DNA of 64,000 nucleotides from Erysipelotrichaceae bacterium (lineage in GTDB: Bacteria > Bacillota_I > Bacilli_A > Erysipelotrichales > Erysipelotrichaceae), in the NCBI GenBank assembly GCA_017515475.1, contig JAFWFS010000027.1, forward strand, positions 829-64,828, read 5' to 3'. Shown piece after piece: positions 30,531 through 39,778 of this stretch. The position numbers and the translations under genes are program-made. The notes under the pieces are model-generated. The model ran no database searches. It saw only the letters and a program-made list of their open reading frames with translations, and was not told the DNA's origin. Numbering within the stretch: position 1 is the first letter of the stretch; each line of letters starts with the position of its first letter.

Positions 30531-31280
30531 ATGATGAAAAAGATAGCACTGATCCCTTCCAGGTACGGTTCAACCAGATTTCCTGGAAAACCCCTGGCTT
30601 TGATCAAGGGAAAGCCGATGATTCAATGGGTCGTAGAAAACATCAGGCAGTGTCCTGAAGTCGACGATGTTTATGTTGCGACCGACGACAGACGCATCTT
30701 TGATGCCGTAGAAGCTTTCGGCGGCAAGGCCCTGATGACTTCCGACAAGCATACCTGCGGTACGGACAGACTGGCGGAATGCGCCCGGATCCTGAACCTG
30801 GATGACGAGGACATTATCCTGAATATTCAGGGCGATGAGCCGACTTTCAGAAAAGAAATGGTAGAAGACCTGCTTTCGATCTTTGAGGATGAAAGCGTCT
30901 ATTTCGGCACTCTGAAAGTAGAGATTACCGATGAGAAGGAACTGAACAATCCGAATGCGGTAAAAGTAATCAACGATTTTAATGGCAATGCGATCTATTT
31001 CTCAAGATATACCATTCCGTATGTCAGGGACGAGAAAAACAGAAACATCGTAAAGCACTACAAGCACATCGGCGCTTACGGATACAAGAAATGGTTCCTG
31101 ATGAAGTATAGTGCGATGGAAAAATCGCCTCTGGAGATCTCCGAATCTCTGGAGCAGCTTCGGGCCATCGAAAACGGATATCAGATCAGGGTAAAAGAAA
31201 CGAAATACCAGACGGTCGGCGTGGATACGCCGGATCAGATACAAGAAGTCGAAAGACTGATGGAGAAAATATATGGCTAA
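30531..31280 (+). CDS. kdsB: 3-deoxy-manno-octulosonate cytidylyltransferase (CMP-Kdo synthetase)
   Basis: Motifs include [81 protein letters not shown] and VGVDTPDQ. The start was set at the internal ATG at 30531 because the track ORF from 30498 runs into the terminator. Confidence 0.9.
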   Translation: MMKKIALIPSRYGSTRFPGKPLALIKGKPMIQWVVENIRQCPEVDDVYVATDDRRIFDAVEAFGGKALMTSDKHTCGTDRLAECARILNLDDEDIILNIQGDEPTFRKEMVEDLLSIFEDESVYFGTLKVEITDEKELNNPNAVKVINDFNGNAIYFSRYTIPYVRDEKNRNIVKHYKHIGAYGYKKWFLMKYSAMEKSPLEISESLEQLRAIENGYQIRVKETKYQTVGVDTPDQIQEVERLMEKIYG

Positions 31281-32049
31281 GTTTATCCTTATTGCCGGAC
31301 CGTGCGTCATCGAATCGGAAGAACTGTGTCTGCAGGTGGCAAGCAAAGTAAAAGAAATCGCTGAAAGACTGGATCTGGATTATTATTTCAAGTCTTCTTT
31401 TGATAAAGCAAACCGTACTTCGATCTATTCCTATAGAGGCCCGGGTATTGAAGAGGGACTGAGGATTTTGAAGAAAGTCAAAGATGAAGTAGGCGTAAAA
31501 GTAACGACCGATATCCATGAACCGTGGCAGGCGGCCAAAGCGGCGGAAGTCTGCGACATGCTGCAGATCCCGGCATTTCTGTGCCGTCAGACCGATCTGC
31601 TGAAAGCGGCGGGAGAGACGGGGAAACTGATCAATGTCAAGAAAGGGCAGTTCCTGGCTCCTTGGGACATGAAGAATGTCGTAACCAAGCTTGAAGAGAT
31701 CGGATGCAAGAATTTTATGCTTTGTGAAAGAGGAAGTTCGTTCGGTTACAATACACTGGTTGTCGACATGTCGGGAATTTATGAGATGAAGAAGTTCGGA
31801 TATCCGGTCGTATTCGATGCGACCCACTCCGTACAGAAACCGGGCGGAACGGGAACGGCAACCGGTGGAAACCGGGAATATGTGGAACCTCTGGCGAAAG
31901 CGGCGATCGCAGCCGGAGCTGACGCTCTGTTCTTTGAAGTACATCCGAATCCGGACACAGCCAAATCCGATGGTCCGAACATGGTCAGGCTGGACGAGTT
32001 TGAAGAACTGCTGAAGAGAGTCATTAAAGTGTACGATGCCGTTCATTAG
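31273..32049 (+). CDS. kdsA: 3-deoxy-8-phosphooctulonate synthase (Kdo-8-P synthase)
   Basis: 258 aa. Motifs include [71 protein letters not shown] and [11 protein letters not shown]. It overlaps kdsB by 8 nt. Confidence 0.93.
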   Translation: MAKFILIAGPCVIESEELCLQVASKVKEIAERLDLDYYFKSSFDKANRTSIYSYRGPGIEEGLRILKKVKDEVGVKVTTDIHEPWQAAKAAEVCDMLQIPAFLCRQTDLLKAAGETGKLINVKKGQFLAPWDMKNVVTKLEEIGCKNFMLCERGSSFGYNTLVVDMSGIYEMKKFGYPVVFDATHSVQKPGGTGTATGGNREYVEPLAKAAIAAGADALFFEVHPNPDTAKSDGPNMVRLDEFEELLKRVIKVYDAVH

Positions 32050-32058
32050 AGGATTAAG

Positions 32059-33024
32059 ATGGATAGATTAAATGAAGCGAAGAAAGTATTCGATATCGAA
32101 ATAGAAGCTCTACAGAAAACCAGAGACGTTTTGGGTGACGACTTTATTGGCATACTCAACGAGATATCTTCCTGCCAAGGGAAAGTCATCCTGACCGGGA
32201 TGGGGAAGCCGGGACATATTGCCGAAAAACTGGCTGCAACTTTTTCTAGTTTGGGCACGCCTTCTTTCTACCTGCATCCTGCTGAAGCGATGCATGGAGA
32301 TCTAGGAATGGTTTCGAAAAACGATGTCGTTATCGCCATCAGTTACAGCGGTGAATCCAACGAGATCATCGAGATTCTGCCGGCTATCAGACTGATCGGT
32401 GCAAAGCTGATTGCCATCACCGGAAACAGAAATTCCACATTGGCTAAGGCCAGTGATCTAGTGCAGGAACTTCCGGAATTCGAAGAAGCCTGCCACCTTG
32501 GTCTGGCACCTACCTCTTCTACAACAGTTGAACTGGTCTATGGCGATGCATTGGCGGTCGTGGCATCGGAAATGTACGACTTTAAGGATGTCGACTTCGG
32601 CAAACTGCATCCAGCCGGAGCGCTGGGCAAGAAGCTGATCCTGAAGGTCGAAGACTGCATGGCAAAGAACGAAGATCTGCCGAAGATCCATGTGGATTCT
32701 CTACTGGTGGACGCAATCAAGGAAATGACCAAGAAAGGTCTTGGCGTCGTCTGCATGGTCAATGATAACGGGATACTAAAAGGCATCCTGACCGACGGCG
32801 ATTTGAGAAGAGTCATTGAAAAGAGGGTAGACATCTATTCCGAATCGGTCAGAAACGTCATGACACCGGATCCGAAACGTACCACAAAAGACAAGTTGGC
32901 GGTAGAAGCCCTGAAGTTCATCCGCAGCAAGAACATCAACAACCTTCCGGTCGTAGATGAAGAAAACAAACTCATCGGTGTCGTCGACTGGAGACAGATC
33001 GTCAAGGCAGGAATCGTTGCATAA
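32059..33024 (+). CDS. kdsD: Arabinose-5-phosphate isomerase (KdsD/KpsF/GutQ family; SIS plus tandem CBS)
   Basis: 321 aa. The SIS motifs are GKVILTGMGKPGHIAEKLAATFSSLGTPSFYLHPAEAMHGDLG and ISYSGES.E. The C-terminus has two CBS repeats (VMTPDP...LPVVDEENKLIGVV). Confidence 0.9.
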   Translation: MDRLNEAKKVFDIEIEALQKTRDVLGDDFIGILNEISSCQGKVILTGMGKPGHIAEKLAATFSSLGTPSFYLHPAEAMHGDLGMVSKNDVVIAISYSGESNEIIEILPAIRLIGAKLIAITGNRNSTLAKASDLVQELPEFEEACHLGLAPTSSTTVELVYGDALAVVASEMYDFKDVDFGKLHPAGALGKKLILKVEDCMAKNEDLPKIHVDSLLVDAIKEMTKKGLGVVCMVNDNGILKGILTDGDLRRVIEKRVDIYSESVRNVMTPDPKRTTKDKLAVEALKFIRSKNINNLPVVDEENKLIGVVDWRQIVKAGIVA

Positions 33025-33025
33025 T

Positions 33026-33934
33026 ATGGATTTAGAAAAGATCAAAGAGCTTAGCGATGAAGTATATCGCTATATTAGAGATACGGATATGAAAAGTGTT
33101 CCGTTAGGAAGACACTTTTTTCATAATCATATCTATGCCAACGTCGAGGAATATGCGACTAAAAGAAGGCAAGATGCCCGTTTTGAATCGCATAGAAAAT
33201 ACATAGACATCCAGTACATCATTTCCGGTTCAGAGAAGATCATCGTCGATGATGTCAAGGAACTGGAAGTCATAGAGAAGTACGCTCCGGAAAGGGATAT
33301 TGCCTTTTATTATGATCGGGGTAAGGGGAAGGAATACGAACTTAAGGAGGGGGATTTCCTGATTCTCTATCCTGAAGAAGGGCACATGCCTTGTATCAGC
33401 ATCAAGGAAGAAGATCCGAAGCACGTTAGAAAGATGGTCTTTAAAATCCCATATATTCATACTAAAAAGATCAAAGCTCTGGTCATGGATGTGGATGGCA
33501 CATTGACCGATGGAAAGATCTATATGGGCAACGATGGAGAAGCGATGAAAGCTTTTGACATCAAAGACGGATACGGGATCGCCAACTATCTTCCGAAAAA
33601 AGGAATCATCCCGATCATTATTACCGCCAGAGAATCTAGAATTGTGGAGAATCGGGCAAGAGAACTGAAAATCGCTCATCTTTATCAGGGAGTGAAGGAT
33701 AAGACTCAGAAACTTCAGGAAGTGCTGAATGATCTTGACATGTCGTTATCTGAAGCGGTTTATGTTGGCGATGACGACAATGACCTGGAATGCTTCGAAT
33801 TGGTAAAGAAGAACGGCGGACTTGCTGCATGTCCTTTGAATGCTTCGGAAAGAACGCTGGCAGAAGCGGATTTCATCTCTTTGTATAGAGGAGGAGATGG
33901 GGCAGTCAGGGAATTGATTGAATGGATAAAATAG
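33026..33934 (+). CDS. kdsC: Fusion protein: YhcH/YjgK/YiaL (DUF386) cupin domain plus KdsC-type HAD Kdo-8-P phosphatase
   Basis: 302 aa counting from the ATG at 33026. Residues 1 to about 147 carry HRKYIDIQYIISGSEKI and FLILYPEEGHMP, which are YhcH-family hallmarks. Residues from about 148 to 302 carry LVMDVDGTLTDG, DIKDGYGI, YVGDDDNDLE and GGDGAVRE, the KdsC subfamily HAD motifs. Confidence 0.8.
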   Translation: MDLEKIKELSDEVYRYIRDTDMKSVPLGRHFFHNHIYANVEEYATKRRQDARFESHRKYIDIQYIISGSEKIIVDDVKELEVIEKYAPERDIAFYYDRGKGKEYELKEGDFLILYPEEGHMPCISIKEEDPKHVRKMVFKIPYIHTKKIKALVMDVDGTLTDGKIYMGNDGEAMKAFDIKDGYGIANYLPKKGIIPIIITARESRIVENRARELKIAHLYQGVKDKTQKLQEVLNDLDMSLSEAVYVGDDDNDLECFELVKKNGGLAACPLNASERTLAEADFISLYRGGDGAVRELIEWIK

Positions 33935-33987
33935 TTCCTATTGTGCTTTTGTTGCAACTTTATGTGAAAAAAAGAAAGATATAAAGA

Positions 33988-34944
33988 ATGAAGAACCCTC
34001 TAGTTTCTGTGTTACTACCGGTCTATAACCGGGAAAGAGTGAATAAGTGTATTGATTCTGTTTTGGCTCAGTCTTTTACTGACTTTGAATTGTTGATTAT
34101 TGATAATGCATCAACTGATCATACGGTTGATGTGATTAGAACTTACAAAGACAAAAGGATTAGACTGGTAATCAATGAAAAAAACATCGGCCAGACCGGC
34201 TCTTTGAATAAAGGCCTTGATCTTGCCAAAGGAAAATACATTGCCAGAATCGATTCCGATGATTTAATGCTTGAAAACAGGCTAAAGATGCAGGTTGCAT
34301 ACATGGAAGAACATCCTGAATGCGGTTTCTGCGGTTCAATGATCAGAAACATCACGGAAGATGATGTGATATCAAAGCCTTTGAATCTATGTGTATCGGA
34401 TGAAGGACTACGCCTGTTTCAAGGCGTTAGCAGCTGTATTTATCATCCGGCTGTCATGTACCGTACGGAAATACTGCATGACAATGGAATTTACTATGAT
34501 ACAACACTGAAGATCGCCGAAGACTATGAAATCTGGGATAGGCTTCTTAAGGTTACAAAGGGATACAATATTCCTGAAGTTCTTACTTTATACAGAGTCG
34601 GCGATAATAAGGATAGCGTCAGGTTTAGGGACGTTAAATCGGAAGAGTATTTTGAAATCAGAACAAGGATCTGTAAAGAAGACATGCGGATGAAATATGC
34701 TTTAGAGAGTATAAAGTATGAAAAAAAGAAAAAGAAAACGCTCCTTGACTGTTATCGGATATACAGATGCTTAAATAGATACCTCAATGACAACATGTCA
34801 ACCGGCCATTCTGACTATACTAGTCTGCGGTCCTGCGTCTATTCCCGGATCTATATGTCCTGTGCTTTGGAAAACGAAGCCGCATATGCCGTGTTGTTAC
34901 AAAAGCTTTTTAGTTTTTATAGTAAAATGAAATATGGTGATTAA
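33988..34944 (+). CDS. GT2 family glycosyltransferase
   Basis: 318 aa. Motifs include VSVLLPVYNRE, LIIDNASTDHT and ARIDSDDLM (DxD). Confidence 0.85.
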   Translation: MKNPLVSVLLPVYNRERVNKCIDSVLAQSFTDFELLIIDNASTDHTVDVIRTYKDKRIRLVINEKNIGQTGSLNKGLDLAKGKYIARIDSDDLMLENRLKMQVAYMEEHPECGFCGSMIRNITEDDVISKPLNLCVSDEGLRLFQGVSSCIYHPAVMYRTEILHDNGIYYDTTLKIAEDYEIWDRLLKVTKGYNIPEVLTLYRVGDNKDSVRFRDVKSEEYFEIRTRICKEDMRMKYALESIKYEKKKKKTLLDCYRIYRCLNRYLNDNMSTGHSDYTSLRSCVYSRIYMSCALENEAAYAVLLQKLFSFYSKMKYGD

Positions 34945-34947
34945 ATT

Positions 34948-35658
34948 ATGAAAACAGTTATTTTAGCCGGAGGTCTGGGAACCAGACTATCAGAAGAAAC
35001 ACGTTTTGTTCCGAAACCGATGGTGCAGATCGGCGGATATCCGATGCTTTGGCATATCATGAACATATATTCAAAGCACGGTTTCAATGACTTTGTCATC
35101 TGTGCCGGGTACAAACAGGAAGTCATTTTCGAATGGGCAGAGAAGAACAAGGATCTGCTGGATCAGTGGAATATTGAGATCGTTGATACTGGTCTGAATA
35201 CAATGACCGGAGGCAGAATCAAGAGGATTCAGCCATATATTGGGAACGAGGATTTCATGCTGACATATGGGGACGGTCTTTCTGACATCAATATCAAGGA
35301 TCTGCTGAAGTATCACTATAACAGAAACAGGACACTGACGATAACGGCTTATCTTCCGGAGAACAGGTTCGGAATTTTGAAATTCGATGAGAACGACAAC
35401 GTTCTGTCCTTTAGTGAGAAAACCAGAGACGACAGCGACTGGATCAATGCCGGATTTATGGTCTGCAGTCCGGAGGTCTTCGATTATCTGGAAGGGGATG
35501 CGACCGTATTTGAAAAAGAGCCTATGCAAAGGATAGCCCAAAGCGGATGCATGGCTGCCTACAAACATCACGGATACTGGCAATGTATGGACACTTTAAG
35601 AGAAAAACAGATCCTGGAAGAATTATGGAAAAAAGGGGACGCTCCGTGGAAGCTTTAA
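34948..35658 (+). CDS. rfbF: Glucose-1-phosphate cytidylyltransferase
   Basis: 236 aa and colinear with Salmonella RfbF. Motifs include MKTVILAGGLGTRLSEET..PKPMVQIGGYPMLWHIM, TGGRIKR, TYGDGLSD, HHGYWQCMDTLREK and LW..GDAPWK. Confidence 0.92.
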   Translation: MKTVILAGGLGTRLSEETRFVPKPMVQIGGYPMLWHIMNIYSKHGFNDFVICAGYKQEVIFEWAEKNKDLLDQWNIEIVDTGLNTMTGGRIKRIQPYIGNEDFMLTYGDGLSDINIKDLLKYHYNRNRTLTITAYLPENRFGILKFDENDNVLSFSEKTRDDSDWINAGFMVCSPEVFDYLEGDATVFEKEPMQRIAQSGCMAAYKHHGYWQCMDTLREKQILEELWKKGDAPWKL

Positions 35659-36689
35659 AGGATTTTTACAGCAATAAAAGAGTACTGATAACCGGTCATA
35701 CCGGTTTTAAAGGGAGTTGGATCTCACAGATCCTTTTAAATTTCAGGGCAGAAGTATGTGGCATTGCGTTAAGACCAAAAACGGAACCAAATCTGTTTAC
35801 TTTACTGAATCTTGATAAAAGAATGAATAATCATTATGTTGACATAAGAGATTACGATACGATTAAGAAGATATTTGATCAGTTTGAACCGGAGATTGTT
35901 TTGCATCTTGCCGCTCAGCCGTTAGTGATCGATTCATATAAGGAGCCCAGATATACTTACGATGTAAACATCATGGGTACCGTCAATATCTGCGAATGCG
36001 TCAGGCTTTCCGACAGTGTAAAATCGTTTGTGAACATTACTACGGATAAGGTTTACGAAAACGTTGAGGATGAAAATCATTATTACAGGGAAGATGAAAA
36101 ACTGAACGGCTATGATCCTTATTCCAACAGCAAGTCCTGCAGTGAACTGGTCACTCAGTCATACATAAAATCTTTTTTTAAAATCCCCGTATCGACCTGC
36201 AGAGCAGGAAATGTGATCGGTGGAGGCGACTTTTCTGCAAATAGGATCATGGTTGATTCATATTTTGCCGCCAGCAAAGAAAGGCCTATCAAGGTAAGAA
36301 ATCCTAATTCTGTCCGTCCTTATCAACATGTGCTTGAGGCTGACATGTTTTATCTGATGCTGGCGATGAAACAGTACATCGATCCTTCTTTGGCGGGGCA
36401 TTACAACATCGGCCCAAACGAGAACGATTGCATCACATCAGGAGAGATAGTTAAACTGTTCTGTCAGTATTGGCAGGGTGCGAGTTATGAATTCGCTAAC
36501 GTAGATGGCCCTCACGAAGCAAATTTCTTAAAACTGGATTCTTCCAAGGCAAGAAATACCCTAGGCTGGAGACCAAAGTGGAGTGTAAACGAAGCTGTTG
36601 AAAAGACGGTCGAATTATATAAAACAATCAGTAGAAATGATGATATAATGAGTATCTTAAATCAGCAGATAGATGCTTATTTGGGATAG
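35625..36689 (+). CDS. rfbG: CDP-glucose 4,6-dehydratase
   Basis: Motifs include KRVLITGHTGFKGSWIS, HLAAQPLV, NITTDKVYEN, GYDPYSNSKSCSELV, RAGNVIGGGD, VRPYQHVLE and FLKLDSSKA...LGW.PKW. The start is uncertain: either the ATG at 35625 or the in-frame GTG at 35646, which has a ggggac SD-like sequence upstream. The track start at 35547 is unlikely. Confidence 0.9.
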   Translation: MEKRGRSVEALKDFYSNKRVLITGHTGFKGSWISQILLNFRAEVCGIALRPKTEPNLFTLLNLDKRMNNHYVDIRDYDTIKKIFDQFEPEIVLHLAAQPLVIDSYKEPRYTYDVNIMGTVNICECVRLSDSVKSFVNITTDKVYENVEDENHYYREDEKLNGYDPYSNSKSCSELVTQSYIKSFFKIPVSTCRAGNVIGGGDFSANRIMVDSYFAASKERPIKVRNPNSVRPYQHVLEADMFYLMLAMKQYIDPSLAGHYNIGPNENDCITSGEIVKLFCQYWQGASYEFANVDGPHEANFLKLDSSKARNTLGWRPKWSVNEAVEKTVELYKTISRNDDIMSILNQQIDAYLG

Positions 36690-36697
36690 GAGGTTGG

Positions 36698-37816
36698 ATG
36701 ATGATTAAAGTTTCTAGAGGATGCTGTGGTCAGGAAGAGCTGGACCAGGTCAAGGAAGCGTTTGACTATGGTTATTTTGGACTTGCGTATAAAGTAAATG
36801 AATTCGAGCAGGAGATCCAGAAATTCATACAGACCGACAGGGAAGTAATCTGTACGTGCAACGGTACGGCTGCGCTGCATCTTGCTTTGGACGCGATCGG
36901 CGTTTCCGAAGGAGATGAAGTGATTCTTCCGTCCTTTACCTTTGTGGCTACCGCTCAGGCAATCAGTTCCTGCGGAGCAAATCCGGTCTTTGTCGATGTC
37001 GATGAAGAAACGATGCTGATCGATATAGAAGATGTCAGAAGAAAAATCACAGATCGAACCAAGGCAATTGTTCCGGTTCACTATTCTGGAGCCGTATGTG
37101 ACATGGAAGCTTTGCTGAAGATTAAGGAAGAATATGGAATCCGCATCATTGAAGATGCCGCACATGCTTTTGGTTCTGTATACAAAGGAAAGAAAGTCGG
37201 CTCTTTCGGCGACATCGCCTGCTTCTCTTTCGATTCTATTAAGGTCATGACCTGCGGTGAGGGCGGATGCATTATTACCAACGATAAGGATGCCGCTGAA
37301 CTGATCCGGATCAAGAGACTGCTGGGAATCGATCGAAAGACGATGCATACGACCGATTGGAAGAAACGTTCCTGGAAATATGATGTACCTGTAACAGGAT
37401 ATAGATATCATATGTCAAATATCAACGCGGCTATCGGCCTGGCGCAGATAAAAAAGCTCAATGGTTTTATCGATTATCGTAAAAAAGTCGCAAAATCTTA
37501 CAATAGCCTGCTTTCTGATATCCCGGAGATAAAACTCCCGGTATATGACATAGATACAATAACCAACTTCATGTACGTTATTCGTGTTAAAAACGGTAAA
37601 CGCGAGGAATTAAAGCAGTATTTGATGGACCATGATATTGAATCCGGCATCAGCTATATCCCGTGCCATACGTTCAGTCTCTATAAAGGAAACAATCATC
37701 TTCCTGCGACGGAAAAAATATACGAAGAACTTCTGTGTCTTCCGATTCATCCGGAGATTACAGAATCCGATCTAAAAGAAGTATCTGACAGAATTCACGA
37801 GTTTTTTAGGAAATGA
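36698..37816 (+). CDS. DegT/DnrJ/EryC1-family PLP-dependent sugar aminotransferase (probably acting on a CDP-4-keto-6-deoxyhexose)
   Basis: 372 aa. Motifs include NGTAALHLAL, IIEDAAHAFGS and a FSFDSIKVMTCGEGG segment containing the PLP lysine. At 372 aa it is shorter than my recollection of the RfbH/E1 3-dehydrase (about 437 aa). I therefore read it as a true aminotransferase. The substrate is inferred from operon position only. Confidence 0.7.
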   Translation: MMIKVSRGCCGQEELDQVKEAFDYGYFGLAYKVNEFEQEIQKFIQTDREVICTCNGTAALHLALDAIGVSEGDEVILPSFTFVATAQAISSCGANPVFVDVDEETMLIDIEDVRRKITDRTKAIVPVHYSGAVCDMEALLKIKEEYGIRIIEDAAHAFGSVYKGKKVGSFGDIACFSFDSIKVMTCGEGGCIITNDKDAAELIRIKRLLGIDRKTMHTTDWKKRSWKYDVPVTGYRYHMSNINAAIGLAQIKKLNGFIDYRKKVAKSYNSLLSDIPEIKLPVYDIDTITNFMYVIRVKNGKREELKQYLMDHDIESGISYIPCHTFSLYKGNNHLPATEKIYEELLCLPIHPEITESDLKEVSDRIHEFFRK

Positions 37817-38379
37817 TACAGAAATTCAGCTTTATTGAGACCCCCTTAAAAGGAGCGTTTATAATCGATCCATTCTATTCCTCGGATCATAGAGGAGGAT
37901 TTATAAAGGATTACAATATCGATGTTTTCAGACAGAATGGAATTGACCACGAACTGAAAGAAGTTTTTTATACTGTTTCCTATAAAGGCGTGATCAGAGC
38001 AATTCATTTTCAGTTGGAACATCAGCAGGCAAAACTGGTTAGATGTGTTAAAGGGAAAATCTATGACGTGATCGTTGATCTGCGTAAAGATTCTGATACC
38101 TTTGGTAAATGGACAGGATATTACCTGAGTGAAGAAAACAGAAAAGAATTGTATATTCCTGAATACTTTGGACACGGATATTTGGTTTTGGAGGACTCAA
38201 TCGTTTCCTATAAATGTGGTGAAGTCTTTTATGCGGATGGAGACAGCGGGATCATGTACAACGACCCGGATATTGCAATAGGCTGGCCATATGATGAGAT
38301 CGGTGGAATAGAGAACCTGATTATCAGTGATAAAGACAGGAATCTAATGTCCTTTCAGGATTACTGCGCAAATGAATAA
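37813..38379 (+). CDS. RmlC-family cupin, NDP-4-keto-6-deoxyhexose 3,5-epimerase-like
   Basis: 188 aa. Motifs include ETPLKGAFIIDPF...DHRGGFIK, RAIHFQ....QAKLVRCVKGKIYDVIVDLR, YIPEYFGHGY and SYKC. It overlaps the upstream aminotransferase by 4 nt. Confidence 0.8.
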   Translation: MIQKFSFIETPLKGAFIIDPFYSSDHRGGFIKDYNIDVFRQNGIDHELKEVFYTVSYKGVIRAIHFQLEHQQAKLVRCVKGKIYDVIVDLRKDSDTFGKWTGYYLSEENRKELYIPEYFGHGYLVLEDSIVSYKCGEVFYADGDSGIMYNDPDIAIGWPYDEIGGIENLIISDKDRNLMSFQDYCANE

Positions 38380-39778
38380 AACAAAAAAGGGATACAGCGT
38401 ATTAAAGGCGATATCATGGTATGCAGTCGGTAACGTTTTTGTTAAGAGCATATCCTTTTTTGTATTGCCCCTTTTCAGCAATCTGATGTCGACTGCCGAT
38501 TATGGCGTCTATACGATATTTACGTCAAACGCCGCTCTGATTGATTCCATTATCATTTTTGGATTAGCTCCGACTATCCGCATGGCAAAATACGATAATG
38601 ATACCGATTATGAACTATATACCTCAACCATTGTCGTCATACCGATTCTTCTGGTTCTTTTATTGGCACTTGTAAGCAATGTCTATATGCTGTTCAATCC
38701 GGTTTTGATGTCTTTGAATCGAACGGTATGGAACTGGATGTTGTTTTACTGTGCTACCAATGTGATCTGCATCATTCTTTCTAATCGGTTCGTCCTTGAT
38801 GGGAGATACAAGGCATACTTTATTTATCTTCTGATCAATACCCTCATTGCAATTGGATCGTTTCTATTGCTTGCCAAATTTGTCTTTCTCGAAAATACCT
38901 ATATGGCGCGGATTGTTGGCCAGTCTGCAGGAAATTTCTTAAGCATTCTCTTCTTTGTATGCACAATTGGCTATAAAGGAATCAGTCCGGGCTATCTGAA
39001 GAAAGGAGTTGTTTGGGGTGCTCCGTTGGTGATTCATTCTTTTATGATTTCGTTGTTTGGCCAGATGGATACTCAGCTGATTAACGTTTTTTCTGAGTTT
39101 TCCGAGCTTGGAGTATATGGCATGGCCACAACACTTGGTTTAGTACCGGCAACCCTGGAAGCGACTTTCGAAAGTGCGTGGAGTCCATGGTTTTTCAATA
39201 AAATGAATGTTGGAGATACGGAAAAGATTCGGGAAACAAACAACACGTACTTCACGATTTTTGCTGTAATACTCGGAGAATTCATGCTGATACTGCCTGA
39301 ACTGGTACGTTTTCTTAATCGGTCCTACTGGGATTGCGTCTTCTATCTGCTTCCGATTACTATCAACAGTTTTATTGAACTGATCTATCTGGTACCGTTA
39401 AACATCCAGTATTATTACAAAAACACAAAAAATATCATGTTTGCGACAGTGATTGCAACTTTACTTGATGCCTTGATGGTCGTATTGTTCATACAGCTGT
39501 ATGGTTTTTACGGCGCTGTTTACGCCAAGACAATCTCCAAGATTGCTCTGGTTGCTATTCACGACTATTCTGCGAAGAAACTGGATCAAAACAACTACTT
39601 CAGCAGTAAGCTTTTTGTCCTGTTGCTTCTAATACTGTTCGCAATAGATGCCATTGTCGTGCTTTTTACCGATTTCGCCGCACTGAGACTTTTCCTGTTT
39701 GCGGCCATCGGCATAGTTGCCCTGACATTTACGATCAGAAAAAGAAAAGAACTACTACAGATGTTTAATGGAGGATAA
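38372..39778 (+). CDS. wzx: Wzx-type oligosaccharide flippase (MOP superfamily, polysaccharide biosynthesis protein)
   Basis: 468 aa with about 12-14 hydrophobic spans. The N-terminus SWYAVGNVFVKSISFFVLPLFSNLMSTADYGVYTIF is typical of the Polysacc_synt family. Confidence 0.8.
   Translation: MNKTKKGYSVLKAISWYAVGNVFVKSISFFVLPLFSNLMSTADYGVYTIFTSNAALIDSIIIFGLAPTIRMAKYDNDTDYELYTSTIVVIPILLVLLLALVSNVYMLFNPVLMSLNRTVWNWMLFYCATNVICIILSNRFVLDGRYKAYFIYLLINTLIAIGSFLLLAKFVFLENTYMARIVGQSAGNFLSILFFVCTIGYKGISPGYLKKGVVWGAPLVIHSFMISLFGQMDTQLINVFSEFSELGVYGMATTLGLVPATLEATFESAWSPWFFNKMNVGDTEKIRETNNTYFTIFAVILGEFMLILPELVRFLNRSYWDCVFYLLPITINSFIELIYLVPLNIQYYYKNTKNIMFATVIATLLDALMVVLFIQLYGFYGAVYAKTISKIALVAIHDYSAKKLDQNNYFSSKLFVLLLLILFAIDAIVVLFTDFAALRLFLFAAIGIVALTFTIRKRKELLQMFNGG

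Noticed and set aside
31186-32046. 286-aa minus-strand ORF covering almost all of kdsA.
   Set aside because: The + strand frame encodes an unmistakable Kdo-8-P synthase. The antisense frame is R/S/F-rich with no motifs. Long antisense ORFs are expected in the G+C-richer genes. Similar cases are 887..1417, 1857..2537, 3001..3723, 7636..8256 and 9022..9480.
30531-33934. Reading the kds operon as evidence for LPS or an outer membrane.
   Set aside because: No lpx, waaA, lpt or other OM genes occur in 64 kb, and the flanks are wall-polysaccharide genes. The housekeeping proteins look Clostridia-like. I kept it as a finding with the diderm explanation listed as the refuting scenario.
36677-37411. 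244-aa minus-strand ORF antisense to the DegT-family aminotransferase. A similar 190-aa ORF at 23584..24156 spans the GT2/fdtB junction.
   Set aside because: Neither has a recognisable domain or start-site support, and the sense frames carry complete family motifs. Both are treated as shadow ORFs.
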